A DNA stretch of 64,000 nt from an uncultured virus (IMG/VR IMGVR_UViG_3300011867_000002) (IMGVR_UViG_3300011867_000002:124001-188000), one strand, 5' to 3'. Shown: positions 18,989-31,200, numbered from the stretch's first letter. Made by a program: numbers and translations. The notes: generated by a model from the sequence alone, not told the origin.

Positions 18989-19768
18989 TTACCACTTCGC
19001 CCAGACAGGCGCGGTCGTGTCGGTCACTTGCCAGCCCATGGTGCGGAACAGATCGTCTGCCGTGAGCAGGACTGATTCCGTTGCCACGCCATTGCGGCGA
19101 TCTTCTGCCAGACCTGCTTCCAGCATCGAACGCGTCATGGTGCGCTCAAAGCTCGTCGTGAACTGCGACGGATCGAGGAAGTGTTCCAGTGCTGGCGACT
19201 TGTACTTCTCGGCGATCGCCATGCCCGGTTCATTCACGTAATCGAACGTGATGATCTGGCGCAGCGTGCGGTGATTCACACCGCCGAGCAGTCGGTCGTC
19301 GGTAAACGCACGGATCGAGAAGCAGGCGTTCTCGTCCTTGTTTTCCAAGGTACGGGCCAAGGTAGGACCAAATGGTCCGGTGTCGCGTACCTTGCTCATG
19401 ATGGCAATCGCCATCTTCCCATCTGCACCCTTGTAGTCTTCCAGCCACAGGGTCTTGTGGTGGGCGCAGACGCGGTCTTCGTCGATGTTCATGACACGCG
19501 CAGCAAAGGCACGGTCCGACATCCCTGGCAGCGGTTTCGGGTGGCCGTATTCCGCGCGCAGTACGCCACGGTTGACGCGACGCATGAAAGGACCCGACTG
19601 GTCGAACAGTTCCTTGGCTTGTTCAGCCACGTACAGTTCACCTGCCGAGTTGAACATATTGAGGGCGCCGACGATCATGGTGCGGTAACCATTCTCGTCC
19701 ACAGGCAGATTGCCTACCTTGTTCGTCCCCTGCAAGGACGTACAAGCAAAACGTACAGAATTTTTCAT
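18989..19768 (-). CDS. Prohead (head maturation) protease (phiKZ gp175-like)
   Basis: EYGHP (His), FSIRA (Ser), TFDYVNEPG motifs. SPALE candidate self-cleavage site. Confidence 0.85.
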   Translation of the reverse strand: MKNSVRFACTSLQGTNKVGNLPVDENGYRTMIVGALNMFNSAGELYVAEQAKELFDQSGPFMRRVNRGVLRAEYGHPKPLPGMSDRAFAARVMNIDEDRVCAHHKTLWLEDYKGADGKMAIAIMSKVRDTGPFGPTLARTLENKDENACFSIRAFTDDRLLGGVNHRTLRQIITFDYVNEPGMAIAEKYKSPALEHFLDPSQFTTSFERTMTRSMLEAGLAEDRRNGVATESVLLTADDLFRTMGWQVTDTTAPVWAKW

Positions 19769-19795
19769 CGTGGTGCTCTTTGGTCGAGGGGGAGG

Positions 19796-20521
19796 TTAAG
19801 CGCGCAACAAGTCTTCCAGTCGCTCCGTACGGGACGCTGGACTATTCAGGGCACTCACCACACCTTCGTGGAAGTACGAGCCTGCCAACTTGTTGAGCGT
19901 GTTCGTCGCCGCATCGGTCACGCTATACAGCGAGGTCCAGATCGGCGGGTGTTTGTCCAAGTCATCTTCGCTTTGGACAAACTGACGGTAGTACTGGGTC
20001 CGGTCGTTCGGGTTACGTGCGATCAGGGACACCAGGATTTCCGTGACTTCACGGTTGGAACCAACGTTGGCGTTGGCGTGCTTGCGTGAAGAGTCGAAGA
20101 TACCGGCCATGTCGTTGTACTGCATGTAGGTAGGCACCCGTCCCTTGGAAAATACTTCATCGAAGATTTTGTACACCAAGGTATCGGTACGCACCAACTG
20201 CAAGGACGGGGTAATCACGCTGCCGGGTTCAAAGTAGAACTCGTAGAACTCCTCGTCGTCGATGACGCGTTTGGAGGTCGTGGTCGGCGTAATCCGGATC
20301 ATGGCGTTGATTTTGGACAGGGCGTAATGCATGTCCTCGGTCACGTACATCACAATCCCACAGACATAGGTCTCGATGCCGATCTGCGCCAAGCTGTGCT
20401 CAGCAAAGCGCGCCGGAATGATTATCTTCAACGCCTTCTTCGCTACCAGACTTTCATCCGGTAGCTCGTGCATGCACGCTTTCACCCGCGCGCCATCGCG
20501 CGTGAGTCCTTTGCGAATCAT
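19796..20521 (-). CDS. Conserved virion protein (phiKZ gp176-like)
   Basis: 241 aa, between protease and RNAP genes, KLAGSYF motif. Confidence 0.65.
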   Translation of the reverse strand: MIRKGLTRDGARVKACMHELPDESLVAKKALKIIIPARFAEHSLAQIGIETYVCGIVMYVTEDMHYALSKINAMIRITPTTTSKRVIDDEEFYEFYFEPGSVITPSLQLVRTDTLVYKIFDEVFSKGRVPTYMQYNDMAGIFDSSRKHANANVGSNREVTEILVSLIARNPNDRTQYYRQFVQSEDDLDKHPPIWTSLYSVTDAATNTLNKLAGSYFHEGVVSALNSPASRTERLEDLLRA

Positions 20522-21951
20522 CGCGGCGTCACCGTGGCCTTGGTCTGCGACAGCACCCAGCGAATGATGTATTCGAGGGTCGCCATGGCGTAGGCTTCAC
20601 GCGGATCGATGTTCGGGAACTGGCGGGTCACTGCCTCGCCGGCGGCCAGGATGAACTCGGCATCGGTTTGGTAGTAACGCGAACGGCACACGAGACGCAT
20701 GCACAGGCTGTTCAGGTTGTCGAAGCAGGCTTGGGTCACACGGCTCATTTCTGCCGCGAACAGCTTGCGCACCAGGTTCAGGTTGCTCGCATTGCTTTCC
20801 ACCGGATCGGTGATTTCACGCAGCTGGGCTTCGAACGCGCCACGCAGAATGGTCAGGTTGCGGCTGAACTTGTTACTGTTCTCCGACATGACCACGGCGG
20901 TCTCGTGGCGGTGCCAGAAGGCTTTCAGACCCGCGGCGTTGTCGTTCAGTTGCGACAGCGTGTACATGGGCGAACCCGACAGCGCATTGCCGAACAGAAT
21001 TTCGTTCGAACCACCGCCGTTTTCGATCCAGTCTTTGTAGACGTCGCCGTCGACCGTGGTCACTTTACCAGCGATGCTGCGAATCAGCAGACCATTGTCC
21101 AGTGCCTTCTTGCGTTCACGCAGGATCGACAGCAGGCGCAGGGCAGCCTGGTCGCGGAAGTCGACGGCAGCGTTGTCGTACGCTTCTTTGCCGAGACCAC
21201 TGTCTTCGACCGGGTCTTGTACCATCTTGCGTGCCAGCAGGTACACGGCGAGCGCCACATCGGCGCCGTCAACCGCATTCGACACCATCTGGTAGAAGGT
21301 GCGGGTGTCACCGCTGTTCTGGAACATGTTGGCCCAGAGGTCGAGGAAGAAGCTGCCGCCTTTGATCGCGGCCCAGGCGCGGATGTCGGCGTCGACCGAT
21401 GCTTTGCCGGTTTCCATCATCGCCACCAGTTCTTCGAAGGAACGGGCAGGCAGCTTGAAGACGAAGCGCGGGTCTTTGAACGAGATGTCGCCAAATTCTT
21501 CCAGGCTGTCGGCGAAGCTCTTGTTCGACAGTGGAACCGGTACCGTCGAGACCACCACTTCCAGGCCCAGCAGCGAAGAGGCGCTTGGCATTTGGCGTTG
21601 GGCGGTCTGGACCTTTTCCACCAGATCGAGGATGGTCGGGGCTACGACCGTACGGGCAAAGCCGATGTGCTTACGCACCGCGTCGCCACAGATTTCCGCC
21701 AGTTCGTCCGACAGGACGTCGTGGTCGGAGTAACCGAGCGTGTCGTTCTTCTTGTTGGCGATGAACTCGATGTTGCCGATGTCCGGCATGAGTTCACCGT
21801 CACCGGTCGATACGGTGAAGAGGGTGGTGGCGCGCGTAGCGCGGTTCAGGGCTTCCAGGTGGCTACCGGCGACTGGTTCCAGCAGGACGCGGTGGGCATC
21901 CAGCCGGTCGACCAGGGGCAGCGCGTGTTCGAGTGCATCACGGCTCAGCAT
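20518..21951 (-). CDS. Conserved virion protein (phiKZ gp177-like)
   Basis: 477 aa, AAGGAG RBS, ATGA-coupled to the next gene. Confidence 0.65.
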   Translation of the reverse strand: MLSRDALEHALPLVDRLDAHRVLLEPVAGSHLEALNRATRATTLFTVSTGDGELMPDIGNIEFIANKKNDTLGYSDHDVLSDELAEICGDAVRKHIGFARTVVAPTILDLVEKVQTAQRQMPSASSLLGLEVVVSTVPVPLSNKSFADSLEEFGDISFKDPRFVFKLPARSFEELVAMMETGKASVDADIRAWAAIKGGSFFLDLWANMFQNSGDTRTFYQMVSNAVDGADVALAVYLLARKMVQDPVEDSGLGKEAYDNAAVDFRDQAALRLLSILRERKKALDNGLLIRSIAGKVTTVDGDVYKDWIENGGGSNEILFGNALSGSPMYTLSQLNDNAAGLKAFWHRHETAVVMSENSNKFSRNLTILRGAFEAQLREITDPVESNASNLNLVRKLFAAEMSRVTQACFDNLNSLCMRLVCRSRYYQTDAEFILAAGEAVTRQFPNIDPREAYAMATLEYIIRWVLSQTKATVTPR

Positions 21952-21953
21952 GC

Positions 21954-22151
21954 TTATTCTCCTTGGAGTTGTGCAGCCAGCTTCTGCTGGGCTTGGTTTT
22001 GGACCATGGTGTAAATCATGCCCCGCGAGATCACGCTGCCTTGGAACGTGTCAGCCACGTCGTTGCCCAAGACATTGCGGGCGATGTTGTTGACCAGCTC
22101 ACCGGCATTCGCCAGGGTCAGCGTGCTGATGACGCAATTGGGGTTTTTCAT
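21954..22151 (-). CDS. Small conserved hypothetical protein
   Basis: 65 aa, AAGGA RBS, abuts the next gene. Confidence 0.7.
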   Translation of the reverse strand: MKNPNCVISTLTLANAGELVNNIARNVLGNDVADTFQGSVISRGMIYTMVQNQAQQKLAAQLQGE

Positions 22152-22233
22152 GAACGTTCCTTACAAAAAAGTTCACATACAAAAAAGAATAAACAAGAGC
22201 ACGGGCAGAGGTTTCCCTCCACCCGTGAACCCT

Positions 22234-25200
22234 TTAACTGCGGTAGGCTTTGACGGCACGCTTCGCCAACACCTTGAGAAGCGTATTGGTGGTACCCATC
22301 AGGTCCGGGCTATTCACAATCCTGTCACTGACCGATTTAGCCCCGAAGATAGCATCGATGGAAACACCCGACTCACTTTTGACTTCACCCGTGATGACTT
22401 TACTGAACACAGTTTTCAACTGGCTCGCAAACACACCCTTGTCACCTTCGCCTGCGGGGACTTCGCTGGTGATGTAGAACTTGATCACCAAGGTATCGAG
22501 CATCAAGGGATCACCCTCGACGCGGAAGCTTTCGTCCACTTGGCCAGTAAAGCCTTTCTTACCGGCAGCTTTCTCACGCTTGACCAATTCCTTGTCGCAC
22601 GCATTGGCAATGGCGCGCAGCGATTCCGACATGTCCACCTTGTCGCCATGGTAGAACATCTCAATGTGTTCCAAGACGCCTTTGGCTTTCGCCGTTGGGG
22701 TTTGGGCACTGAGCGCACGCAGGGTGTCCAAGGACGTTTCGTCGAACAAATTCTGGTTCGCCGTCACGGAGTCTTCGATCACACATAAAATATCTTCAGT
22801 TTTCAGCGTTTGTCCGACTTTCGCCACCCGACTCACCTTCTGGTCGAAGTTCAACTTGACCATGCGAATCTTGGTGACTTTGGTACGGAGCAAGTCTGAC
22901 ACACGGGTCGTAATGGCGGACGCATCTTCCAGCGTCTCCGGTGCTTCCATCAAGGCGACCTTCACCAACACGCCTTGTTTCCACACCACGTTCTTCGGGT
23001 TGATGACATCGCGCTCGAAGAAACCACTGTTGTAACTGATGATCTCGCCAGCCTTGAACTTTTGGCCTTCTTTCATGTCGGTCACGAGATTGTGCGGAAT
23101 CGTCATACCGGCAGCGGCGCCATAACGACGGCCAATCGGGAAGCCTTTCGTTTCCCCGTCAGCAAACTCCACAATGATCCCGTCGTCCGTGACAGAGGCC
23201 ACGCGGCCATCTTTCTTGGCACTCGATGCGAAGAGTGCACCCGTGCGATGCGCGATGACTTGCTCGTAACCAGTACGGGTCGGCATCTGGTGATACGCAT
23301 TACATGCCACCGTGTGACCGTTCTGCACGCCAATGAAGTTGACACGGCGTGGATCGTCGACGTCTGCACCCACCGACACCAGTGCCGAGGTCGAGACCAG
23401 GGAAGTCGGGTCTTTCTTTTCCAGATCGTAAGGACGCGCCAAACCACGCAGCGACTTGAACTGGGGGTCCGCACTCATGTAGGTGTTGATACCCACGTCC
23501 GAACTATCGACCGTCGACTCGGAGATCATCCCCATTGCGTTCTTGTGGTAAGCACGGGTACTCTTCGTCATGCTGCGGCTACTGCGACCACCAGTACCAC
23601 CGTGGGTCACTGCTTCCGTTTCTTTCAGGTTCTGGATCGGATTGATTTCCGAGATCAAGGATACCGACGGGTCTTCAGCGATCGACTTCCACACTGCGTA
23701 CGGGTGCAGTTCAATCGGCAACTTCGACTTGGCACCACGAGAATTGTGGGCACGGATCGATTCCACCAGATTGGTGTAGACGGCACCAGCCATCCGTTCG
23801 TAACCACGTTTGCGGCGATACGCGTCGTCACCGGCATCCGGATGGTGGTCCACCAAAAGCAGTTCGACACTACGCAGGAGCAAGCCACGGAAGTCCGTAG
23901 GTTCGTGCATTTCCACCAGCAACTCTTTCGTGATCGGGTCGACGAACATTTGGTACATCAAGTCGATTTCACGCAGGTAGCGCGTGGCGTTGCCGCCGAC
24001 ATCCAAGATGTTCAGATACACACCAGGCCGATCGAACTCATAGACGCTGTAGTTCCGGATTGCCTTGTGGTATTCCCGGAAGCCTGCCAGAATCAAAGCT
24101 GCCTGTTGGTCATCACGGTTAAAGATCAGCGACTCATCGCTAAACTCCAACGCGAATTCGTTTGGCTGCATTTGTTTGCGGCCACCAGCTGGCACCCGGC
24201 GCGGTTGCACCTTCAATTTCTGCATGAGCTTTTCCAAGCCCATTTCGTAACCCAACACCACACCGAGCGGAATGGTACGGCCACGTACTTTCACTTCTGC
24301 AAAGTCCACCGGCGCTTTCGTGCCATCCAAGTGGACCAATTCTTCCAAACTCCCCATGGGCGTCAAGACGCCATCTTGCGCAGTAAACAGCGCACCGAAT
24401 TTGTCCATCACCACGAATTGGTTCTTGGTGTTCGAACCACACACCACCGCCCCGTCGTTCTCGTACAGGGCGAGTACTTCTTTGGTGTAGAGTTCTTCGC
24501 GCTTGCTGTGGTCGAAGTTAAACACGAAGCCCGCTACCGTAAAGCCACGGAACGACATCGCCATCGAACTATACAGACGTGGACACGGGAACAGGTTATC
24601 GAACACCGACGACGGATAGATGTCGATCACCGTTTGGTCCGCTGCATCCAAACCCTTGGCCATGATGGCATTACGCAGCCAGGTGGCGTAGTCGTTGACG
24701 CGTTTGTCACTACGGGTAACGAAGGTCTTGCCGAAGTAACTCGTCAGTGCCACCTTCGATGGCGAGACTTTCATGATCGGCACTTCCACATCCTGCTTAC
24801 GCAGTTTGTAGTTAATCCCGTTGGCCCGGTACACCCCTTCGTCGTCAACGATAGGTAGTTTGAACCGCACTGTCGAGGCCGCGCCTTCAATCGGACTCAA
24901 GCGCAGCGTGTACATGCGGGAGGCACCCACAATGTCTTCGATGTCTTGGGTCTCGTAGCCCGTTACCGCAATGCCAGCGTTCTGCACTGACAAGACCATG
25001 TTGGCCACGTCGCGTTGGAACACGTCTTTCACGTAACGGCTGTCGTAGTCAATCAGACTCGACTTGAGCATGGTCTTGTCCAGCACCGAAGGGATGTCTG
25101 GAATCTTGGGCGACTCACTGATCGCCACCATCTCTGGCGTGATCTTGGCAAAGTTCTCCAAGGTGGTCGAACCATCGGGCGCCAACATGGTTTTGTAAGC

Positions 25201-26505
25201 TTTGGCTTGTTCGCTGTAGCGTTTGAATTCGGCACCCGAGATGATCCCGTCGGCCGCTTTCTGTTTCAAGATAGCCAGCAGATTGTTTTCCGGCGTGTCT
25301 TCCACTGCCGCAATGGCTTCTTCCGCTTCCACTGGCAAGGGACTGTTTGCCAACTGCAAACGCTGCTCAGCCAAGAACTCCAGCTTGTTCAGCGCTTCCT
25401 TCATTTCTTCGACCTTCTTCGGGTCGACCTTCAAGTCCGCGCCCGTTTGGGTGGCGCTCTTGGTGTCACCGGTGCCGACCAACGTGATGTCTGGTTCTGG
25501 TGCGACCATTTCCATCTTGCCGGTCGCCCGGTTCATGGTCGGGACAGCCACAGGCTTTTGTGCCACCGTGCCTTGTTTGCCGGCTTCGGCCGCTTCCTTG
25601 CTGGCGGTCTCAGGTCCCGAGACAGTACGCACTTCGAACAGGGCCATCATCAAGCGCAAGAAGTAAATCTGCACTTCGCGGGCGTCGTGTCCTTGTTTGT
25701 TGGCTTTGGGATTGGCCTTCAGTTCTTCTGGTGTGGCTTTGCGCCACGAGTCAAGGATACCGAGGTTCAGGACAAACCAGCGACCCGATTCCACGAACAC
25801 CAAATGTACCGACTGCATTTGTTCTTCGGACAAGACAGACAGTGTCGAGGTTTCGCGGTCCTTGCCGAGCCACTTCCATACTTCCAAGAGCATCAGGCTC
25901 TCGGGCGAATCGAAGAGGCGCACCATGTTTTGCGACACACCGCGCTCACCCAAGCCCATCTCCGACAAACTCGGCAACAGTTTCGGCAGATGACAACGCA
26001 CGAACTGGGGGCGCTTGGAAATGTCGATCACTTCCTTCATGTTGGCCCACAGTGCGCGGTTCTCGTTCATGAAACGGTAGTACTCGGTATAGACCGAACG
26101 CGGGTACTTGTACGCCTTGTTCAGGTAACCGTAATTGTAGACCACCAAGGTCATGTCATCGCGAATCACCGATTCCAGCGATTGCAGGCGCCTGAAGCGA
26201 CGATTGCGGCCGCTGGCGTGGTAGTCCTTGATTTCTTGTAAGAGCCCGCCTGGGGTGTGTACAGGCTTTCCTTCAGGGTCTTTCAGCGTGATGACATGGT
26301 CCATCGCGATCGGTTGCCGATAACCCAGGAAAATCGGGTCGTCTGGCTTCGGTGCGAGGTCCGTTTGGCCATGCGCCGTGTAATGAAATACCGAAGCGCG
26401 CGGCAACTGCAACTTATCGGTACTCACCAAAGGCGGCGAGGTCAAATGGGAGAACAGGCGAATGCCTGTAATCCGGAAATAAGGATCGTAATAGGAAAGT
26501 GACAT
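22234..26505 (-). CDS. rpoB: Virion RNA polymerase beta subunit, N-terminal/major part (phiKZ gp178-like)
   Basis: Beta-like motifs: INPIQNL..VTHGGTGG, SESTVDSSDVG, DDPRRVNFIGVQ, LEDASAI, GDKGVFASQLKTVFS, DAIFGAKSVSDRI. Confidence 0.9.
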   Translation of the reverse strand: MSLSYYDPYFRITGIRLFSHLTSPPLVSTDKLQLPRASVFHYTAHGQTDLAPKPDDPIFLGYRQPIAMDHVITLKDPEGKPVHTPGGLLQEIKDYHASGRNRRFRRLQSLESVIRDDMTLVVYNYGYLNKAYKYPRSVYTEYYRFMNENRALWANMKEVIDISKRPQFVRCHLPKLLPSLSEMGLGERGVSQNMVRLFDSPESLMLLEVWKWLGKDRETSTLSVLSEEQMQSVHLVFVESGRWFVLNLGILDSWRKATPEELKANPKANKQGHDAREVQIYFLRLMMALFEVRTVSGPETASKEAAEAGKQGTVAQKPVAVPTMNRATGKMEMVAPEPDITLVGTGDTKSATQTGADLKVDPKKVEEMKEALNKLEFLAEQRLQLANSPLPVEAEEAIAAVEDTPENNLLAILKQKAADGIISGAEFKRYSEQAKAYKTMLAPDGSTTLENFAKITPEMVAISESPKIPDIPSVLDKTMLKSSLIDYDSRYVKDVFQRDVANMVLSVQNAGIAVTGYETQDIEDIVGASRMYTLRLSPIEGAASTVRFKLPIVDDEGVYRANGINYKLRKQDVEVPIMKVSPSKVALTSYFGKTFVTRSDKRVNDYATWLRNAIMAKGLDAADQTVIDIYPSSVFDNLFPCPRLYSSMAMSFRGFTVAGFVFNFDHSKREELYTKEVLALYENDGAVVCGSNTKNQFVVMDKFGALFTAQDGVLTPMGSLEELVHLDGTKAPVDFAEVKVRGRTIPLGVVLGYEMGLEKLMQKLKVQPRRVPAGGRKQMQPNEFALEFSDESLIFNRDDQQAALILAGFREYHKAIRNYSVYEFDRPGVYLNILDVGGNATRYLREIDLMYQMFVDPITKELLVEMHEPTDFRGLLLRSVELLLVDHHPDAGDDAYRRKRGYERMAGAVYTNLVESIRAHNSRGAKSKLPIELHPYAVWKSIAEDPSVSLISEINPIQNLKETEAVTHGGTGGRSSRSMTKSTRAYHKNAMGMISESTVDSSDVGINTYMSADPQFKSLRGLARPYDLEKKDPTSLVSTSALVSVGADVDDPRRVNFIGVQNGHTVACNAYHQMPTRTGYEQVIAHRTGALFASSAKKDGRVASVTDDGIIVEFADGETKGFPIGRRYGAAAGMTIPHNLVTDMKEGQKFKAGEIISYNSGFFERDVINPKNVVWKQGVLVKVALMEAPETLEDASAITTRVSDLLRTKVTKIRMVKLNFDQKVSRVAKVGQTLKTEDILCVIEDSVTANQNLFDETSLDTLRALSAQTPTAKAKGVLEHIEMFYHGDKVDMSESLRAIANACDKELVKREKAAGKKGFTGQVDESFRVEGDPLMLDTLVIKFYITSEVPAGEGDKGVFASQLKTVFSKVITGEVKSESGVSIDAIFGAKSVSDRIVNSPDLMGTTNTLLKVLAKRAVKAYRS

Positions 26506-26506
26506 C

Positions 26507-28129
26507 TTAATCGCCTGTCATGTTGTGGAATACGAGGTTGACCGTCGAAACGCCTGTGCTAAACAGGAATTCACCGGTGGTGTCCACGTACGCGCTTTTA
26601 GTGGTAAAGAAGTGTTTGATTTCTTCCAGCGATTCGAGGGTGTACACCGCGTTACCCGAAGTCATATCGCCGTCAAAGTCGGCCGTCAAACGCGCCAGCT
26701 TCGAGGAGTGTGGGGCCATACTGTTCACATACGGTCCCGGTACCGGGAAGTCGTAGGCGATATGGTCGTCGCTCATCGGTGCCCAGGTATCGTCCAGTTC
26801 GCGGCGCACATCCGACTTGATCGTCGTCTTTACGTGCATCCAGCTTGGATAGATACTACCAGGACCCGTGACCGGGTAACGGGTGACGTACATGGCGTAC
26901 TTATTCCACTCGCGGTAACCTGACAGGTAAATGAGTTCGCACAGGGTGATGGGAGAGACGTGTTCCTTCGAGCGCCCTTCCGGCAGTTCGCTGATGTCTT
27001 GCATGAAACGGAAAGTGCCATCCGGGCCTTTGTAGATCAAACCCAGATAGCGGCCGTCGATTTCGATTGGTACATCGCGGATGGTTTCTTCACCGAAGCG
27101 GGTCAAGACTTTTTCCAAGCCTTCGTCGGTCATCCACTGGGTGAAGTATTCCGGTCGCAGGAGAACGCTTTCTTTGGCCAGCGTTTTCTTGTTGACCAAG
27201 ATGGCCGGGGTATTCACACTTTGGAACACCTTCGACAAGAAACCGTTGCGCAGCAGATACTGGCTGACCGGCAAAATTGCTTTCGCGGCTTGGTACAAGC
27301 CAATGATGGTCGAGTTGCAGGTGACGCTACCAGGACCACCCAGATACGGCACACTGGTGTTCATTGCCGTAATCACGTTCCGGGTACCGTTCATGATGGC
27401 ACGGGTGGCCCACTTGCCCAGCAAGAGTTTCTTCTTGCCTTCGATCATGCGTTCGATCGTCTCGTAGATTTCGATGAACTTCATCTGGAGACTGTAGCGC
27501 GCGGTGTCCACTACTTCTGGATTGAGCTTCACGGTCGACTCGGCAATCGTATTGCTAATGGAGAGTAGTGTACGGTACATACCGTTGATCTCGTCTTCTT
27601 GGGTACGACCATCTTCGCCGACTTCGATATCGCGAAGACCTGCCGGCATGACGATGATCTTGCTCGTCATCGCATCGTTCTTGTATTTCTCCAAGAGGAT
27701 GATGTTTTGCATCCGCGTAACACTCTTCGATTCCGCGAACTTGATTTGTTTCCAGTACTTGACAAAATAGGCAAAGCCTGTTTTGCCGCTGGTTGCATCC
27801 GAGCGTTCGAAGTCACAGAGGACATCGTTCCAGAGCACATACTCGGTGCCCGAGAAGATACCGGCATACATGCGCTTGAGCGCAATGAAGGCGCGGTAGA
27901 CCGCTGGGTGGAACACTTCGATTTTGATGTCGATGTAGGAGAAGCGGGTGTTGCGGCGCGGATCACCCACTTTACCAAAGGTGGTTGCCGAAAAGAACCC
28001 GTCTTCTGCAAAGTTGCCAGTTGCCCCATCGAAGATGTCGAGCGAACGGGTCGGACGAATCGCTTGCAGCGCTTCCGGTGTTAGCTGGAGCAGCTTGATG
28101 TTAAATGGAATAGAAGAACTTTGCGACAT
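26507..28129 (-). CDS. rpoC: Virion RNA polymerase beta-prime subunit, N-terminal part (phiKZ gp180-like)
   Basis: Catalytic ADFDGD, DGFFSATTFG, VMPAGLRD, TRYPVT motifs. Confidence 0.93.
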   Translation of the reverse strand: MSQSSSIPFNIKLLQLTPEALQAIRPTRSLDIFDGATGNFAEDGFFSATTFGKVGDPRRNTRFSYIDIKIEVFHPAVYRAFIALKRMYAGIFSGTEYVLWNDVLCDFERSDATSGKTGFAYFVKYWKQIKFAESKSVTRMQNIILLEKYKNDAMTSKIIVMPAGLRDIEVGEDGRTQEDEINGMYRTLLSISNTIAESTVKLNPEVVDTARYSLQMKFIEIYETIERMIEGKKKLLLGKWATRAIMNGTRNVITAMNTSVPYLGGPGSVTCNSTIIGLYQAAKAILPVSQYLLRNGFLSKVFQSVNTPAILVNKKTLAKESVLLRPEYFTQWMTDEGLEKVLTRFGEETIRDVPIEIDGRYLGLIYKGPDGTFRFMQDISELPEGRSKEHVSPITLCELIYLSGYREWNKYAMYVTRYPVTGPGSIYPSWMHVKTTIKSDVRRELDDTWAPMSDDHIAYDFPVPGPYVNSMAPHSSKLARLTADFDGDMTSGNAVYTLESLEEIKHFFTTKSAYVDTTGEFLFSTGVSTVNLVFHNMTGD

Positions 28130-28221
28130 AAAAGCACCTTGAATGAACGACGTACTTGGCGAGCCAAGGACTTAATTTATGAGGGGGGTAACGCACCCCC
28201 TGTTTATTAGGAGCGGTTGAA

Positions 28222-31200
28222 ATGGCTAAAAACAAGCAGTTACAACTATCAGGCTATGATTTCGACGGCGAGTTGGATTTGCCTGATTTCGATTTTGGTG
28301 ATGGCCCACAGGTCGCGGACGACCGGAGTCCTACCACCAAATTGATCTTTGCCGGAGCACGTGGCTATGCAGAAAGCCACTTCAGCCCTGACAACGTGCG
28401 CAACTTCGTGAAGAAGTCACTGCCACCAGGCTACGGCAAGGCACTCGACACCGTCGACCATACCGCTGACACGATGCGGGGTATATACCATAAGACGGCC
28501 CAAGAACTCAAGCCCGCTATCAACGAGATCAAGAAAAGCTCGCAACGCTTGATTCCGGTTGCGGAGAAAGTTCTGCCGAAGAAAATGGCAGAAAAGTTCA
28601 AGAATTGGACCCAAGGCAGCGGTTCCGGTTCGGGCGAGATGTCGCCAGAACAAATGAAAGAAGCGGGTATCCAGGCGGAGTTGGGACAAATCTTCAAAGC
28701 CCAAATGGAGAACGATCAACGGGTGCAGTCGGAAACGAATGCCCGTGAACGCCTGCGCGATGGCCTGTCGTTTAATCGCCACAAGGACATGCTGTCAGCC
28801 TTGGTGCCGATGAGCCAAGCGATGAACGAGCTGGCCCAATACCAACGCAACATCGGCTACAACTACCAACGCAAGTCTCTGGAACTCCAACTGCGTAGTT
28901 ACTACGTGGCCGCCGAGTCCTTGGAAGAAGCCAAGCAACACAACCTGAAAACCACCAGCACGCTGGAAGGGATTCTGAAGAACACCGGCTTGCCAGAGTT
29001 CGTCAAGCTGAAAAATTCAGAGCGCCTGAAAGAGATCATCCGCAATCGCTTCATCAATGGCATTGGCGACAGCTTGGCAGACAAGCGCCGTAACTTCGTC
29101 AAGAACATGGCCGAACGCCTCGGTAAGCAATTGGCTGAGCGCGCTAAGAACACGGTTGAGGGTGTGCGTTCTGGTTTGGGTGCGTATGAGTCGCTTGCAG
29201 AACTGCGCGCCATGCAAGCCCAGTTCGGTCCACAACAATCCGGTGGCGAACAAGCTGCTGAGTTGGCGGGCGGCCTGCTGTCACAGCACCACACCAACCA
29301 GATCGCCAAGCTAATCAACGGCAAATTGCAAGGCAATGAGAAAGTTGCCAAGGGCAATAACCGTCTCATGTACTACCTCAGCCAAGGTCCACAGATGGCT
29401 TTGGATTGGGCCAAGGGTAATCGCGGGATCGGTAAAAATGATTTCGGTGCTAATTCCAGTTTGCTCTGGGGCTTGAAGGACACCATCCGTTCGGTGCTCT
29501 CGCCCGAGTCGACCAACGTCGATGTTGACAAGTTGGAAGATACCCGTAACCCGGATATGTTCAACCGGCGCACGAACCGTTCGATCACGGACATTATTCC
29601 CGGTTATCTGGCTCGCATTTACCGTGAGATCAAAATCTTGCGTACCGGTGACGAAAGCCAAGAGTTGGTGGAGTTCGACTTTACCAACAATCGCTTTGCC
29701 GAATCGTCGACAGTCAAGAAGAACATCTTGAATAAGCTGATCGGTAAAGGTGACAAAGATTGGCTGAAGCGCGAACTCGACGAAATGGTCGGGGAACTGG
29801 ACAAGGACAAGAAGCTGAGTCCAGAACAGCGTAAAGCACTCGGTCGCCTGATGATGAACAACAATCTGGCGGGCGGCGTTGGTGATTCGAAGCTGTATTC
29901 GAATGCCCGATCCGGTGTGTACAACTCACTCAACTCGGAAGACGCTGAAAAGATCGCAGCCATTGTCGCCGAGTACTTTGCTGACGATAAAACCGAACTC
30001 AAGCATCAAACCTTCGGTCGTCAGTTCGCTAACCTTGGTACCCGGATTTCCGACAAACGGGAAACCATGCAAGACTTCGTCAACCTGAACCAACGGCACC
30101 ATCTGGAAGCCTTGGGTCTCCTGTCCCCAGATGGCAACAACTTGGACATGGAAAAGTTCCGTGATTACTTGCTCGCGGAAGACGATGTCGCACCAACACC
30201 GGGCGCACAGCCAGGTCGCAAAGTAAGCCGCCAACGGGGTGACCCACAAAACAGTCAGCGTAACCGGGTCACACCACAGCGTGTTATCCCGAGCATGCCC
30301 AATGTACAGCAGCCCGGCGCTCAGCAAGGTGATGCTGGTCAGCAACGTACTGAACCGACCGAGACGATCAACCGCGAAGCGGCTTCTGAAATTGTCCGTG
30401 CCATTGAAGCAGCAAATCCGACGTCCAGTATCAACGACAGCAACCGCCTCTTGGCTGTGATTATCGAAATGCTGCAACAAGGCATCCAGACGCATGGCGG
30501 CGGTGGTGGTAACGGTAGTGGCGGCGGCGGTGGCCGCTGGTGGAACCGTAGCATCGGTAATTTGATGGGCGGTGCTTGGGACAAAGGCATGGGTGCCGGT
30601 CGTTGGTTGAAAGGTGCCATGGTCAACAGTGGCCGTCGTACCAAGAACCTGATCACTGGTAGTTGGGACTTCGCAAGAAAAGCAGGTGATTGGTCTGCCA
30701 AGAAGTTCAAAGAGTTTAACGACGTCTACGTTGAAGGCGAAGTCAAACCGCGCCTCTTGGCGTGGAAGCTCAAGGCGGGTGAGTATTATGACCAAGCCAG
30801 CGGCCAAGTCATCAAGTCCTACAAAGACATCCGTGGCGCCATTGTCGATGCCCAAGGCAACATCATCATGACGGCCGAAGATGCACGCAAAGCGTTTGAG
30901 AAGTCGCGCGTTGGTAAGAAGATGCTTTCGGCGCTGGGCTTTGTGAAAGATAAAGTCAAAGATGGCTTCAGTCTGGCACGGCGGATTATTCCTGGCGTCT
31001 ACGGACGGGCATTTGATCTTGGCACCAAGGCCATCAAGAAGTTTGGTGAATTCTTGGACCAACCGCAAGACATCTACATCGCTGGCAAGAAAGACCCAGT
31101 CCTGTTGGCGGTGACGATGAAAGCAGGTGGTTACGCATCCCGGATCAGCAGTAACCAGATTTTCCGCCCATCCCAGATCGATGGCCCGGTGGTCGATGAA